Assembly: GCA_951406725.2 (NCBI GenBank)
Contig: OX597831.1
Coordinates: 34,596,001-34,660,000, forward strand
DNA: 64,000 nt
Direction: 5' to 3'
DNA from: Octopus vulgaris
Taxonomy: Eukaryota
The notes beneath the pieces are model-generated. The model was not told where the DNA came from, did not search any database, and worked only from the letters and a program-made list of their open reading frames with translations. Below are positions 38,963-52,684 of the stretch, piece after piece. The position numbers and the translations under genes were made by a program. How positions within the stretch are numbered: the first letter of the stretch is position 1; each line of letters opens with the position of its first letter.

Positions 38963-40174
38963 GTGAAGTCTAACGGTTGTCCAATGTTAAGACAGTAAAC
39001 ATATAATCGAGATAGAAGGAAATTTAGAAAGTAAATGTATAATTCAATCATATACGGCATCTGGGGAATATGTGGTCAGATTATCGTGCTTCTCCACGTA
39101 GGAACCTTCCCATAGCCCTTGGACTGTATTCTAGTTGTCATTCCCAAACGAAATGTAGATTTTCAATTCGAAGTTGTAGGGTATGTCTGTTAAACGAAGG
39201 ATTTATGTAAAACAAGGCTTCGGCATCAAATTTAATATGCTGACACAATTGCTTATGACCCTTATTTTACGTGGCTATAGTTACCACAATGTAGTTGCTA
39301 GGTTAATGGCGCCTTGTAGGGATGAATATAATTCTTTCGAATCTTGGCACAAGGCCAGCAATTTTGATGGGATTAGGAAGTTGGTTATGCCGATCCTTAA
39401 TGCTAAACTGGTACTTAATTTATCGACACTGAAAGGATGAAAGGCAAATTCGACCTCAACGGCATTCGAACTCACAACGTAAAGAGCCGAAAAAAATGCC
39501 ATTTAGAATTTTTGTCTTGGGAGCTAACGATTCTTCTAGTTGGGCGAAAATAATTGGTACAGACGAAGGGGTACTGAAAAGTTCCTGGCTTTGGGTAAAA
39601 GAAAATACAGGGGAATCAATTAATTATGGTTTTTATTGAACATTTCTCTCTAAGACTAACACGCTTGCTTCAAGGATCCTTCGGTTTTTCTGAGCCATGT
39701 CAAAAAAAAAATCGGAATGTTGCACCTCCTACGAAGCCCCTCGTAGAATGCAAGCAATTGAACGAAATGATACAAACATTCTAGCAAAACTTCCATTAAT
39801 AAAGGTACACGTTCCTACATGCCTGCCAACCAGTGGAGATGTTTTGGAAACAACTGCAATTCTGTTCTGTCCTATGTGTGAGCGATCAAAAGAAACATGG
39901 ACATTCTCGAAACAGTTGAAAATCACCGCAACAGTTCTCTGTTAAAATGGTGACATGTCAGAGTGCTTAGCATTACAACAATTTACGATAGAATATTTTG
40001 CAGTGCCACTATTGCATTTAAGATGACAAGCTGTATTTATTTCTATTGTCAGATTGGCTGTCTTCGTATTTCAATTTTAAAAACGAAAAAAAAAAAACCA
40101 ATGAGTGGTAAGTAGCTTGCTTACCAACCACATGGTTCTGATGATGTTGAAGGCTTCGTTGTTTCTGGGGTCTT

Positions 40175-40811
40175 AAAAATACTCCCGTACATTTCCACAC
40201 ATAACCCCAGAAACAATAAAGCTTTCAACATCATCACCCAAAACCTTCCCATCCTCACAGCAGACAAAACAATGAACGAAATCTTAAGCTCATTTAAAAT
40301 TATAAAAAGCAAAAAGCAACCGAAGTCACTGAAAAAAATATTAACCAGCGCTAGACTGTATCCACTAACAACAGAGCCAAAAGTGACAAAATGTGGACGT
40401 TCTAATTGCGGAACATGACCCCACCTTCTGGAGGGTTCAGAATTCCAATTCAAACAAGGAGAAATATTTAAGATCAAATCAAATTTCACCTGCGCCTCAG
40501 CAAATGTAATCTATGTCATGACATGCATAGGATGTGGTAAACTCTTAATGGGACAAACAGGAATTTCGCTCCGTCAAAGAATCACCATTCACAAAGAGCA
40601 AATCCGCCACCCACAATACAGACAGTTAAAGGTGAGTGAACACATAGAAAGGTGTGCCAGGAATCTTAATCCCAATTTCCAAATATTTCCCTTTTACCAA
40701 TGCTCACAGAACACCACAATGCAACAAAGGTTGAATAAAGAGGCATTTTTAATCAATAAATTTCTCCCCCAACTAAATATGAACACACAACTCAATACAG
40801 AACACCACTAA
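40175..40811 (+). mobile_element. Penelope-like element 3' fragment (RT C-terminus, Cys linker, GIY-YIG endonuclease)
   Basis: ILPYISTHNP..KQPKSLKKIL..KCGRSNCGT*..CASANVIYVMTCIGCGKLLMGQTG..LRQRITIH..RLNKE..PQLN. Confidence 0.85.
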
Positions 40812-41286
40812 CTCTTCAATTGAAACCACTAACCCTTATACACTTCCTACACCATTCACATCCCTAAATCCAGAATTACTTACCTCCCTTACAAATAATC
40901 TTTTTTCTCAGGAACTATTAGACCTGACACCGTATATTAGCCGGTGTTTTTCAAACGATGAATAACTTTGCGTAACCATGGTCCGTTTTGTTCTCTCTCT
41001 CTTTATTATCATCTTATAATCCTCTCATAATAATGACTTTTATGACTCGTATTACTACCTCAGTCAATCTAAGTGTATATATTTGTCGTTACCTGTCATA
41101 AATAGCCTTTTTTATTTGCAATGTGCATTTTCGTTGATTTTTCATATTTTACCCATATATATATATATATATATATATAACACATTAAGCTATTCATATG
41201 GTTAGATTTTTTAATGCACAAGTGATTGTGCATGTGTGTGTGAATATATATTTATGTATATATGTCTGTGTATGTGTATGTATGTA

Positions 41287-41317
<31 letters not shown>

Positions 41318-42383
41318 GTGTATGAGTGTGTGTGCGGGCGCATGTAAATATTTGTGTATATATATATTCATTTATTTTAGGCGGGTTTCTTTCGGTTTCG
41401 GTCTATTAAATCCACTCAGGTTTTGGTCGACCCGAAGCTATAGCACAAGATATTTGCCCATGGTTCCATGCAGTGGTACTGAACCAGGAACCAAGTGGTT
41501 GGGAAACAAACATCTTACCATACAGCCACGCTTGCATAGAACATTATTAAATAAAAGAAAGGAAGCTTTCTGGAAAGCCTAGAACAAAAACCAATCCAAC
41601 ACATACGATAGATGGATGTGTAGAGAATAATTCTTTCGAAAAGATTTTGAATTGAAGTAATATCAGAACGAAACCAAGACACACAAAAAAACTCGTCTCA
41701 TTTTAGCATTTTAATGATTTGAAGCTGAAATTATACTGCTTCGCCTTAGAGTAACGAATTTCTAAAAGAAATATGAAAGACGCGAGACCGCCATACGTGG
41801 AGAAATCAATAAAAGAAGTATTGGTGTTGACTTATGGAGAAAATGACACGAGCAGATAAGTAATAAAATCTAAGATTTTAGATTCAAGAACATTCTGGCT
41901 GCAAAAGTAGGAAAAGAATTATGGCTCGGAACCAATAAATCCTTGATACTGACCAAGGCCTGAAAAATATCTCCAACATTAAAAGAAGTCAAGGATTTTC
42001 ACGAAACAAAGATCAATCACAGAAACTCAAACTTTCGACTATACACAGAAGAGGAACTAGACTCAACTTCTTTCAAAGATCCAATAGAGATTGCCAGAGG
42101 ACTAATCAAAGACCAAACAGAATGGCACAGAGCAAAGGAAGAATGTGGAGCCAATTTCTAAACCATGGTTCTTATGGCTTATCTCAAATTATGCTTTATC
42201 TCAAATTATGATTTATTTCGAATTTAGTTTTATAAATTATTATAAGAATTTCAACGATATATTTATGAGAAACGTGCTTAATTGAATCTATAGTAAAATA
42301 CCAATACATTGCCACGTATAGAAGGCATAGCGTCCATTGACACCATTTAATTAAAATATTATATTATTCTATGTTACATTATG

Positions 42384-43170
42384 TAGAGGTACATGGCCTT
42401 GTGGTTAGAGCAGCGGACTAGTGGTCGAGGGATCGTGGATTCGAATCTCAGACCGGACGATGTGTGTGTTTATGTGCGAAACACCTGGTTTCCGGGTTCA
42501 GTCCCACTGCGAAACGCCTAAGCTCCACGCGGCTCCGGCAGAAGGTAATGGCGAACTTCTGCTGACTCTTTCGCCACAACATTTTTCTCACTCTTTCTTC
42601 CTGCATCTTGCAGCTCAACTGCGACAGACTGCGTAAGAGTGGATCTGGCTGTTATTTCTAGATAATTTAGCACGCGATATAAAGGAGACTAACTGGCTCG
42701 TCAGTATAAGCATGTTGATGTCTGTCGAAAGCGAGCAATGATCTCGATATAATATACACATCACAACAAAGGAAAATAAAATCTTATTATCACAGGCGGA
42801 GGAGTGGCTGTGTGGTAAGTAGTTTGCTTATCACCCACATGTTTCCGGGTTCAGTCCCACTGCGCGGCACCTTGGGCAAGTGTCTTCTACAATAGCCGCG
42901 GGCTGACCAAAGCCTCGTGAGTGGATTTGGTAGACGGAAACTGAAAGAAACCCGTCGTATATATGCGTGTATATGCTTGTGTGTTTGTGTTTGTCCCCGC
43001 CAACATCGCTTGACAATCGATGCTGGAGTGTTTACGTCCCCGTAACTTAGCGGTTCGGCGAAAGAGACCGATAGAATAAGTACTAGGCTTACAGTACTTA
43101 GTCGATTTGCTCGACTAAAGGCGTTGCTCCTGCATGGCCACAGTCAATTGACTGAAGCAAGTAAGAGTAA
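42384..43170 (+). mobile_element. Diverged SINE A head (42384-42635) and SINE B (42795-43170)
   Basis: Similarity to other family members. Confidence 0.8.
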
Positions 43171-43787
43171 ATACTTTCTCTGGTAAATTTGGATAATTTC
43201 ACATGCACGATTTTCCCAAAGAAAAAAATTTACCCTCTTTTTGTAGGTTAAAGTGTATAACAATAATTTTAGATCTAACATGTATGTACTTCATTTCTCT
43301 TTTGAACACAAATAAAACACAAAGGAAAACAGGTGGACATATTGATTAGTATAGTCATAACTAAAAAAAAAACACTATGTTTGGAGCTAACGCTGAACAA
43401 TAATAGTTAGAACGTTTAGCGTCATAAATTTGTACGACCACATCTAATTTCCGACTAAACCATAAATAACGAATTCATTGAGTGAATCAAATTATTTGTA
43501 GAAATGAAAAAAAAAATCATTGAACAGAATTATCTTTAATTGAAGGAATATTTAAGAAAAATAAATGGTAGTGAACATTGAAATTAAATCGTTTGGTTCA
43601 TATCAAGTTTTACTGAGTTTAAGACCGGCCCACAGACTTCTTGAATGGAATGTAAGGCTTTACTTATCTCCCTTTCACCACGGGAGATAACTCTAAAATG
43701 ACAATTTGCATAGCTTCCCTTGCATAATGTAACAGACAACATACGAATCCAGGATTTTATTAATAATATCCAGTTATCGTCATAAAT

Positions 43788-44192
43788 ACTCTTTTACTCT
43801 TTTACTTGTTTTAGCCATATGACTGCGACCATACTGGAGCACCACCTTTAGTCAGGCAAATCGGCCCCAGGACTTATTCTTTGTAAGCCTAGTACTTATT
43901 CTCTAGGTCTATTTTGCTGAACCGTTAAGTTACGCGGACGTAAACACACCAGCGTCGGTTGTGAAGCAATGTTGGGGGGGGGAGGACAAACACAGACACA
44001 CAAACATATACACACACATACATATATTCGACGGGCTTCTTTCAGTTTCCGTCTACCAAATCCACTCACAAGGCTTTGGTCAACCCGAGGCTATAGTAGA
44101 AAACACTTGCCCAAGTTGCCACACAGTGAGACTGAACCCAGAACCATGTGGTTGGTAAGCAGGCTACTTACCATACAGCTACTCCTACGCCT
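43788..44192 (-). mobile_element. SINE family B
   Basis: Full-length similarity to 28925-29392. Confidence 0.85.
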
Positions 44193-44400
44193 GTATATAT
44201 TTTATTTTTAAAGCTGCGAAAACATCACGAAACATCAATCTTCAAATTCTCGTCCATCGGATGGGAACATGAAACTCCGAGCAGCAGTTTCTGTGACTTT
44301 TGTGCGGTTTTTACAGCTTTAATAATAAGGCGTATTATTCTACCACCGATATTCGAGCTCTGTTTTTCTCCGCCTTCTGTCATATTCATATGCTTACTTT

Positions 44401-44402
<2 letters not shown>

Positions 44403-44446
<44 letters not shown>

Positions 44447-44451
44447 TTGAC

Positions 44452-44521
<70 letters not shown>

Positions 44522-44540
44522 CTTGATAGATATGTATGTG

Positions 44541-44595
<55 letters not shown>

Positions 44596-44610
44596 GTGTG
44601 TGTGTGGTGA
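44403..44610. repeat. (TA)n and (GATA)n microsatellites
   Basis: Direct repeats. Confidence 0.93.
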
Positions 44611-46112
44611 GAGAGAGAGAACTCTTCTATTGACAATACAATTGTAGTTGATCAAAGCTGTGATCAAAAACATTCCATCCATGACCATTTCATTTTTTCA
44701 GTATCGTGTAGATTAAGATTTATATTCCTAAAACATTATACATAGATTTACGGGAAAATTGACTGCAATATTTAGCAGGTTAATATTCTAAACTCTTATT
44801 GTCTCTGCCTCTTCAATAAAATAAATTAGACTGAATGTTCAAACATGATAAACATAATGGCTGACTTATAAAGTTATGCGTTATGTGTGTAAATGACAGT
44901 GTTGTGTGTTTATAAATATATCAGATAAAGTTAAGTGGATGAGGATTGACAGCTAGTGACCAGATATGAATAGAAGACTATGTGTGGGGGGATGAGGTGT
45001 ATGTGTGTGTGCTTGAGTTTATGTATGTGTTTGTGTGTATGTGTGTGTGTGTGTGTGTGTGAGTGTGTGTGGTAAGTGGTGTGTGGGGGGAGGTGTATGT
45101 ACGTGTGTGGGTGTATGTATGCATGTGTTTGTGTGTGTGAATGTGTGTGTTTTTGTATGTGTGTGTGTGTGTGTGTGTGTATGCATGTGCATGTGTGGAT
45201 GGGTGGGTGTGTCTGTCTGACATGATTAAAACTGGGAAAAAAAAAACTTCATAGGAAGGATGTAATAGAAAACCTATTTCACTGAGTGTGAAAAACTGAG
45301 AAGAGATGGCAAAGATAAACATGGGCTTAAGAGGCACAAAAGGCCAAATTCCAACTGTCTAGAATTATTTTAAAACGAATTTTTTAAAAGTTAAGAGAAA
45401 ATCTCGATGCTATGAAAAGAACCTCATTTTCTGTTTTCATTCAAAATAAAGCATGTGTTAATTGCAATGTTTATTAGAAGTATACACAAAAACTCACATA
45501 TTTATTTCTACTCGAGGCACAAAGCCTAAAATTTTGGGGGAGGAGGCCAGTTGGTTAGATCGGCTCTAGTATGCAACTGGTACTTAATTTATCGATCCCA
45601 AAAGAATGAAAGGCAAAGTCAACCTTGGTGGAATTTGAACTCAGGACATAAACACAGACAAAATACTGCTTAGCATTTCGCCCAATGTGCTAACGTTTCT
45701 GCCAGCTCACTACCCTACAGAAACTCCCATAGTGATGCTTAAAAATCTCTCAACTTACAGCCCTAGAAGATCATATACAAAGTTAAAATAGTGCTACCTG
45801 TCAAATGACAGGTAATTTTGGAAATATTGCATATATATATATTATATATGTGTGTGTGTGTGTGTGTGTGTATACTCACACACGCACACATACCTCATAT
45901 TGAAGTGTTAATCCTTATGCATTTTCTCTCTCTCTCCTGTTTTTTCCCTCTCATCTCTTTCTGTCAAAGAGCATAGTTCCGAAACATCAAAAACTTTTCC
46001 ATTCTTCCCAAGCTTGAATCTAATACACCTGCTTGTTGTTCCCTTACCTGTCTTAGTTCTTTTATTTTCTGTAAATTTAAACTATATATATATATATATA
46101 TGTACATTCATA

Positions 46113-46159
<47 letters not shown>

Positions 46160-46405
46160 CAGTAAATGGTGGGGTTGTGTTGACCGCACATGGAGAAATG
46201 ATAGAAGAGGAAAAATTATAATAAAGCAGAATGCTAAATTGAAAGTAAATTATAATAAAAATGGGTGTATGGAAAATTAAAAAAGAAAAAATAATAAATC
46301 AAACCAGTTTTCATCGCAAGGCAAATTTTCAAGATTTGGAAGAGGAAAAGAAATTTTTTTTAAATTGATAAAGGGGAAAAAAGAAATTTACAATGTTTTT
46401 TTCAA

Positions 46406-46444
<39 letters not shown>

Positions 46445-47629
46445 GACGGGCTTCTTTCAGTTTCCATCTACCAAATCCACTCACAAGGCTTTGGTCAGCT
46501 CGAGGCTATAGTAGAAGACACTTGCCCAAGGTGCCACGCAGTGGGACTGAACCTGGAACCATCTGGTTGGTAAGCAAGTTACTTACCATACAGCCACTCC
46601 TATTTTCTTTGGTTTTTCATTAAAGTAATAACAGGTCTATTATGTTGTTTAATCATTTATCAAACCTATTATCAAAACTGTTTCTTTTACAAGCACTCCA
46701 TTTTGTCTTGTATTGTGTACACAAAGATATATATTTTTATGACAGTAAACAGTGACCCATGGGAAATTCAGCTGTTATATCTAGCTGTGAAATTACTATA
46801 TTTGTAAGTTGCAGTCTTCTTTGTAAATTTCACTCTATCCATGTAAACGCAGAGTCTGTCAAAAGAACTAACCATAGTTGAATAAGCCAGCTAAACACTT
46901 ACCGAATTCTATAATGCTACTATTGTTTAATACTGAAATTTGACACCTCCTTATTGTACATCCTTCTAAGTGTACTGTTTAACATGTCACCAGATACAAA
47001 CTATTGATGTATTGTGACAACCACTTAACCTCACCATCTATACTTTGAAAATATACATGCATATGCGTATAACAAATACTGTGCAACAGAAATTTTTTTC
47101 CAGAAGATGTGTCGCAATAAACGAATGGAAATTTAGAACAGCTCCATCGGAACAGGAGAAATGATAAGCTTGAGAATCAAGAATTCTTCAAAGTTGACAT
47201 GAAATTAAAAAAACTCCGCCGGTTACGACGACGAGGGTCCCAGCTGATACGATCAACGGAACAGCTTGCTCTCTTTTTCTCATTCACTCTTTGTATTTGT
47301 ATGTGTATATGTTTGTGAGTGTGTGCATGTGTTTGTGTGTGAGTGTTTGTTTGTGTGTGAGTGTGTGTGTATGTGTGTGTTTGTGTGTGAGTGTTTGTGT
47401 GTGTGGGTGTGTATTTCTGTGTGTGTGTTTGTGTGTGTGTGTGCGCATGTGTGTTTGTGTGTGTGCGTGTGTGTGTGTGTGCGTGCGTGTGTGTGTGAGT
47501 GTGTTTGTATCCAATGGCATAAGCTACTGCCACAAAGCAGGTCAAGTAAGTGTCCAGTCAGCTGTGTGAAATCAACATCCAACAACTCAACTGTGTCCAG
47601 TTGATTCATTCTGAAGTGAAATCCATTGT

Positions 47630-47705
47630 TGCGTACCAGATGTGGCCAAAAGCTTTGCCAATGTCCAGAGAGACACAACAGTGCTTTCACCAAAAAGTGG
47701 TGGAT
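47630..47705 (-). mobile_element. Decayed LINE reverse-transcriptase motif fragment
   Basis: FGESTVVS/LDIGKAFGHIW (one frameshift) resembles the RT motif GE..V.LDISKAFDRVWH. Confidence 0.45.
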
Positions 47706-47925
47706 CAGACTTTACCATTGGAACAATATGATCTCTTTCTGCAACTCTTCTTTGATTGGTTGGGGAATCCACAGCTCCTGGAGACCTGACCTGGAATGTT
47801 TACGAAAATAGGATCCTGCTAAGGGCACAAAGTATGGTCTTGCAGTAGATTTAAACTGGGCAACTGATTTTCTCCAGCATCCTAGAGCAAGCACAGTGCA
47901 TCTGACAAGTTTTTACAGACCTTAA

Positions 47926-47966
<41 letters not shown>

Positions 47967-47989
47967 ATTTTATTGTGCAGCACCACGTA

Positions 47990-48185
47990 AAAGAGCCTGA
48001 GCAGTGCCATGTAAAAGCACCCGGCACACTCTGTAAAGTGGTTGGCATTAGGAAGGGCATCCAGCCATAGAAACCCAATAAATGAGACTGGAGTTTGATG
48101 CAGCCTGCCCAGCTTGCCAGCTCTGGTCAAACCATCCAACCAATGTCAGCATGGACAACGGATGTTAAATGATGATGATGATAAT
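47990..48185 (+). mobile_element. Short interspersed repeat family E ending in (GAT)n
   Basis: GGTTGGCATTAGGAAGGGCATCCAGC..CAGCATGGA.AACGGATGTTAA(ATG)n; related copies at ~57780-57895, 59700-59860, 60055-60215, 61845-62005. Confidence 0.75.
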
Positions 48186-48279
48186 GAGGAGGATGTATGT
48201 ATATAAAATATGAATGAGTGGACAAATGAAAGGAAGTGACACTCAAAGCATTTGGTAGGCATTACATTCTTTTGCTGCA

Positions 48280-48445
48280 GCACCGTCTTTAGTCGAACTA
48301 TTCGACCCCTGGACTTATTCTTTGTAAGCCAAATACTTATTCTATTGGTCCCTTAGACCAATCCGCTAAGTCACAGAGACGTAAACACACCAACATCAGT
48401 TGTCAAGCGATGATGAGGGGACAAACACAGACACACATACATACA

Positions 48446-48504
<59 letters not shown>

Positions 48505-49000
48505 AGGATAAATGTAAAATAACACAAACTGGGACAAGAACGCAAAACATTTAGAAGACGATACAAAAAAACGGACGGGACATTCGAAGCCTTTGATCTT
48601 CAGTCAAAAACCGGATCATCTTCGCAATTTCGGCTGATTAATTTTGAGATTGCTCCAACCTGGCCAGCCCCAAAGGAAAATCTAAGCCAAGCGCATTAGA
48701 TTCCTTGGAAGAAAGCCTCGAATGTATACAAAACAAGGACGGGAACGAATAAGAATACAAAAATATGTAAAAATAATAATGATAACACGAATGAGAATAC
48801 GAAAATACATAAAACAATAATGATAATAATAATAATATACGACGGGCTTCTTTCAGTTTCTATCTACCAAATCCACTCACAAGTCTTTGGTCAGCCTGAG
48901 ACTATAGTAGAAGACACTTGCCCAAGGTGCCACACAGTGTGACTGAACCTGGAACCATGTGGCTGGTAAGCAAGCTACTTACCACAGCCACTCCTGTGCC
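48280..49000 (-). mobile_element. SINE family B split by a ~330-bp insertion in its internal (TA)n
   Basis: Tail half at 48280-48445, head half at 48838-49000, unrelated sequence at 48505-48837. Confidence 0.8.
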
Positions 49001-50256
49001 TATATGTATTATTTTTTATTAATAAGAATTTCATTCAGCTCCACGCAACTTAGTTTCATAAGCTCGTCATACAAACCTAGCCTGAAAAGCTAAATTTGTG
49101 TGGTGGGCCTATCAAACATTAAGTTGCAAGGAGCCAAATTAATAAATAATCCTTCCTACTAAAGGCACAAAAGCTAAAATTTTGTGGGAGGAGACTAGTC
49201 GATTACATCAGCCCCAATGTTACACTGGTACTTAATTTATCAGCACCGAAAGGAAGTAAGAAAGGTAAAGTGGACTTCAACAGAGGTTGACCTCAGAACG
49301 TAAGGTCAGATGAAATGCTGCTAAGCATTTTGCCTGTCCTTGATGCAGTACCATGCCCTGATGCAGTACTTGGCAGTGGCTCTCATGGCTTCTGATCTTA
49401 ACTGATTGGAGGTGTTATCATGTACATTGTTTTGTCTTCGTATAAAAGATGGGCTACAGCAAATATTCTGCTCAATGCCACAGATTTGCTTGTCAGTTGT
49501 TTCACTTTAACCAGTTGAGCATGTCCCTTGGTGGCTGACGAAATGTGCATCTCTGATCACGAGCAGAAGTAGTGGGGGAGCACCATGGCCATGTGTTGAG
49601 AGAGATTCTTTGGGGTTTGAATAATTCACCTCTGGGAACATGGGTGTTTCGTTCAACATCCTTAAACAACCCTTATTCAGGGACCTTTTGAGCAGGGTGG
49701 GTTACTTGACCAGTGTACTGAGTGTTTTTCTTTGTGCACCAGCACCAATGGGGTCACCAAGTAACTTGCAAGAAAAGGCAAAGTTCCCTCAACTGGTGGG
49801 AGTAGTATTGAGTGGTAAGGCTTTGTGAAGGGTTAAAAGAATAATAGGGGGATAGAGATAGGTGCTTTACTGTAGAAGAGATACAAGGATATCCCAGTTG
49901 GAAAAAAAGGGAGAAGTAGACTAAGAGAGAAAGATAGAGATGGAGAGTGTACTCTTAAGGCACAGTGTGGGAAAGGATATAGGTGAAGTTATAGAGAGGA
50001 TGGACTTGTGGGTGGGTACACTGAGGAAAATTTCATAAGAATGTGAGAGGAGATAATTAGATAGGTCAGAGGTGGCTGTAGAAATTGAAGGTGGGAGATA
50101 TAGGATTGGCTCAGCGGGAGGTGAAGGTTATGTTAGATACATGAGGGCATTGGGAGTAAGGATGGAGCAAAGAGGAGAGAGCATGGCTGGAGGAATGGAT
50201 GTGGTTCTAAGGATGGAGTCTAGCAAAGGAGAGAACATGGCTGAAGAAAAATAATC

Positions 50257-50680
50257 TATTCTGCTCTAGGCACAAGGCCTGAAATTTTTTGTGGAGGGGG
50301 CCAGTCGATTAGATCGACCCCAGTACACAGCTGGTAGTTAATTTATTGACCCCGAAAGGATGAAAAGCAAAGTCAACTCAGAACGTAAAGACAGATGAAA
50401 TACTGCTAAGCATTTCACCCAGCATGCTAACATTTCTGCCTGCTTGCCACCTTACAAAAAATAAATATTCTTTTCTACTCTAAACACAAGACTAAAAATT
50501 TTGGAGGAGGGAGTCAGTTGATAAGATCGACCCCAGTACACAACTGGTACTTAATTTATCAACCTCGAAAGGATGAAAGGCAAAGTTGACCTCAGCAGAA
50601 TTTGAACTCAGAACATAAAGACAGACGAAATACCGCTAAGCATTTCCTCTGGCGTGCTGTTTCTGTCAGGTCACTGCCTT
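50257..50680 (-). mobile_element. Two tandem family C SINEs
   Basis: Family C motif present twice; further single copies at ~39340-39540, 45505-45715, 49148-49335. Confidence 0.8.
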
Positions 50681-50929
50681 GTGATTCTGAAGAGGGGAGG
50701 AAAGGGGACATTAACGAAAGGAGTATATGAGCATAGTATGCACCTATTCTGCTCTCAGGTGGTTATAGTAGTGGAATAATATCAGATAAAGAAGTGACAA
50801 GGGTAGGGAATGAGGCATTGGGAAAGCTCGATAGGGCAATGAGAATGGAGGTGGGGCAGAGCTTTACATGTACAAGCATTTACTGAAGTGATTTTAGGAT
50901 ATGAATTCTGTTGTGGTGGGCAAGTTTTC

Positions 50930-51135
50930 TCAAGCACAGCAAGGCACCAGATATCTCGATCCTTTGTCCTCTCCTCCTTAAGGCTCAGCCTCTTGAGACC
51001 AGCCCTCAATACTTTGACCCATGTCTCCTTGGATCTCTCTCTTCCACAAGTTTCGTCCACTTTATTTATGCAACTGTCCTTGTGCATACACATCATGTGA
51101 CTGAACCAGTGCAATCTTCTCTCTAGCACGTTACA
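50930..51135 (-). mobile_element. RTE-clade LINE ORF C-terminal fragment
   Basis: ERRLHWFSHMMCM..GRERSKETW..V..DRDIW matches the RTE pattern RRLRWFGHV.RM..GRPRKTW..DR..W. Confidence 0.7.
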
Positions 51136-51946
51136 TCCATTTCCTAACTTTGGCTAATCGTTGAGAGGACATTGGTATTGCCTTGGCAGAGGTTTGTGCT
51201 CTCTGAGTGCTCTTGTCTGAGTGCCTTTGTGCATTTCACCTAACTTTTCTTTCAATACACTAGCTACAAACTAAGTATCATTTTCCAAATTGCATGCATA
51301 TACATACATAAATACATATATACATACATACATACATAAATACATACATACATACATACATACATAAATACGTGCATACATAAATACATATATACATACA
51401 TACATAAATACATACATACATACATAAATACATGCATACATACATACATACATACATATATACATACATATATAAATACATACATACATAAATACATGCA
51501 TACATAAATACATATATACATACATAAATACATAAATACATGCATACATAAATACATACATAAGTACATATATACATACATAAATACATATATACATACA
51601 TAAATACATACATACATAAATACATACACACATACATACATACATACATATTTGAAAAATAAGGATAAGCACAAGATTATGTTATGGTTCCTATATATGT
51701 TTGACCGTTATAGTTGTTTGGATCCCTGCAACAGATGTTCCAAGTACATTTAGATGTTCATCCACAATGGATCATCAGGGAACTCTTTATTGTAGTAACT
51801 TACAGATAACAATGTCCCTGTAACTTACTGCAATAAAGTGTCTCCTGATGATTCATTGTGGTTGAGCATCTAAATGCACTCGGAACATCCATAGCAGGGT
51901 TCCAAACAACCACAATCGTGAAATGCACAAAGGAACCATGATATAC

Positions 51947-52273
51947 ACAAGAGCACTCAGAGAGGGCAAACCTCTGCCAAGATGATTTTTAAAATGAGAA
52001 TAATGGAAATAAAATCGACTGCACTCACAAACAAGAATACTAAAAATGAACATGGCTGCTCTCAAAAATTAAGTGAAACAACAGGAAAAATAATCCAGAA
52101 TCCTTGTCCGGTATTGTATCGATTCCAAAATCTAATCAGGTTGTGCCAGTCACGTGGCCAAACATCCCTGAAGTTTCATCCGAATCCATTCAGTGGTTCT
52201 TGAGATATTTTGTCCACAGACAAACAAACATGACTGAATACAATACCTCCACCTTCACTAGGGCGGAGGTAAC
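51947..52273 (+). mobile_element. Helentron-associated non-autonomous element (HINE-like)
   Basis: 5' ACAAGAGCACTCAG..ACCTCTGCCAAG subterminal repeat, ACAGACAAAC microsatellite, and 3' hairpin TACCTCCACC..GGCGGAGGTA complementary to the 5' subterminal repeat. Confidence 0.65.
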
Positions 52274-52450
52274 TAGTGTTGATCCTTAGTTCTACACTTG
52301 TACTGTAGCTCATCACTAGTAATACTATTCAGTATAGAAGTTACTTAACAACTTTACAGAAAGCAGACTGGATTATGATAATCTACGTGGAGCTTTTAAT
52401 CCATATATACCCATTAAAAAAATGAAGTCTTAAAATTTCACTGTATTCAG

Positions 52451-52564
52451 ATTAAACGTTATGGTAAGCTTTCACAATCTGGAAGAGAAGGACAGTATGC
52501 AACTGTTAGCTATGGGTGTTGACGACCTACTGAACATTTCATATCCTTGGTCAGATGCTTCCCG
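52451..52564 (+). CDS. Candidate internal coding exon (114 nt, phase 2-2): LNVMVSFHNLEEKDSMQLLAMGVDDLLNISYPWSDAS(R)
   Basis: Acceptor CTGTATTCAG, strong donor CG/GTGAGT, open frame, unique protein-like sequence. Confidence 0.55.
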
Positions 52565-52684
52565 GTGAGTTGAAGTTCATACAAGTAGGAGCAGGTTTTG
52601 CATTACGAAAATGCAACCAGGGATATATATGGGTTGTAACAGTAATAGCCATACATCTATTTGTACATACTGCCACTCCATTGG

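Noticed and set aside
39566-39720. Mariner-like terminus CGAAGGGGTACTGAAAAGTTCCTGG
   Set aside because: No matching second TIR found in the window.
41540-42160. A-rich segment resembling a decayed retroelement ORF
   Set aside because: No recognisable motif could be named.
46903-46975. Minus-strand exon candidate ending at a GTAAGT donor
   Set aside because: Weak acceptor, no compatible partner exons, unremarkable peptide.
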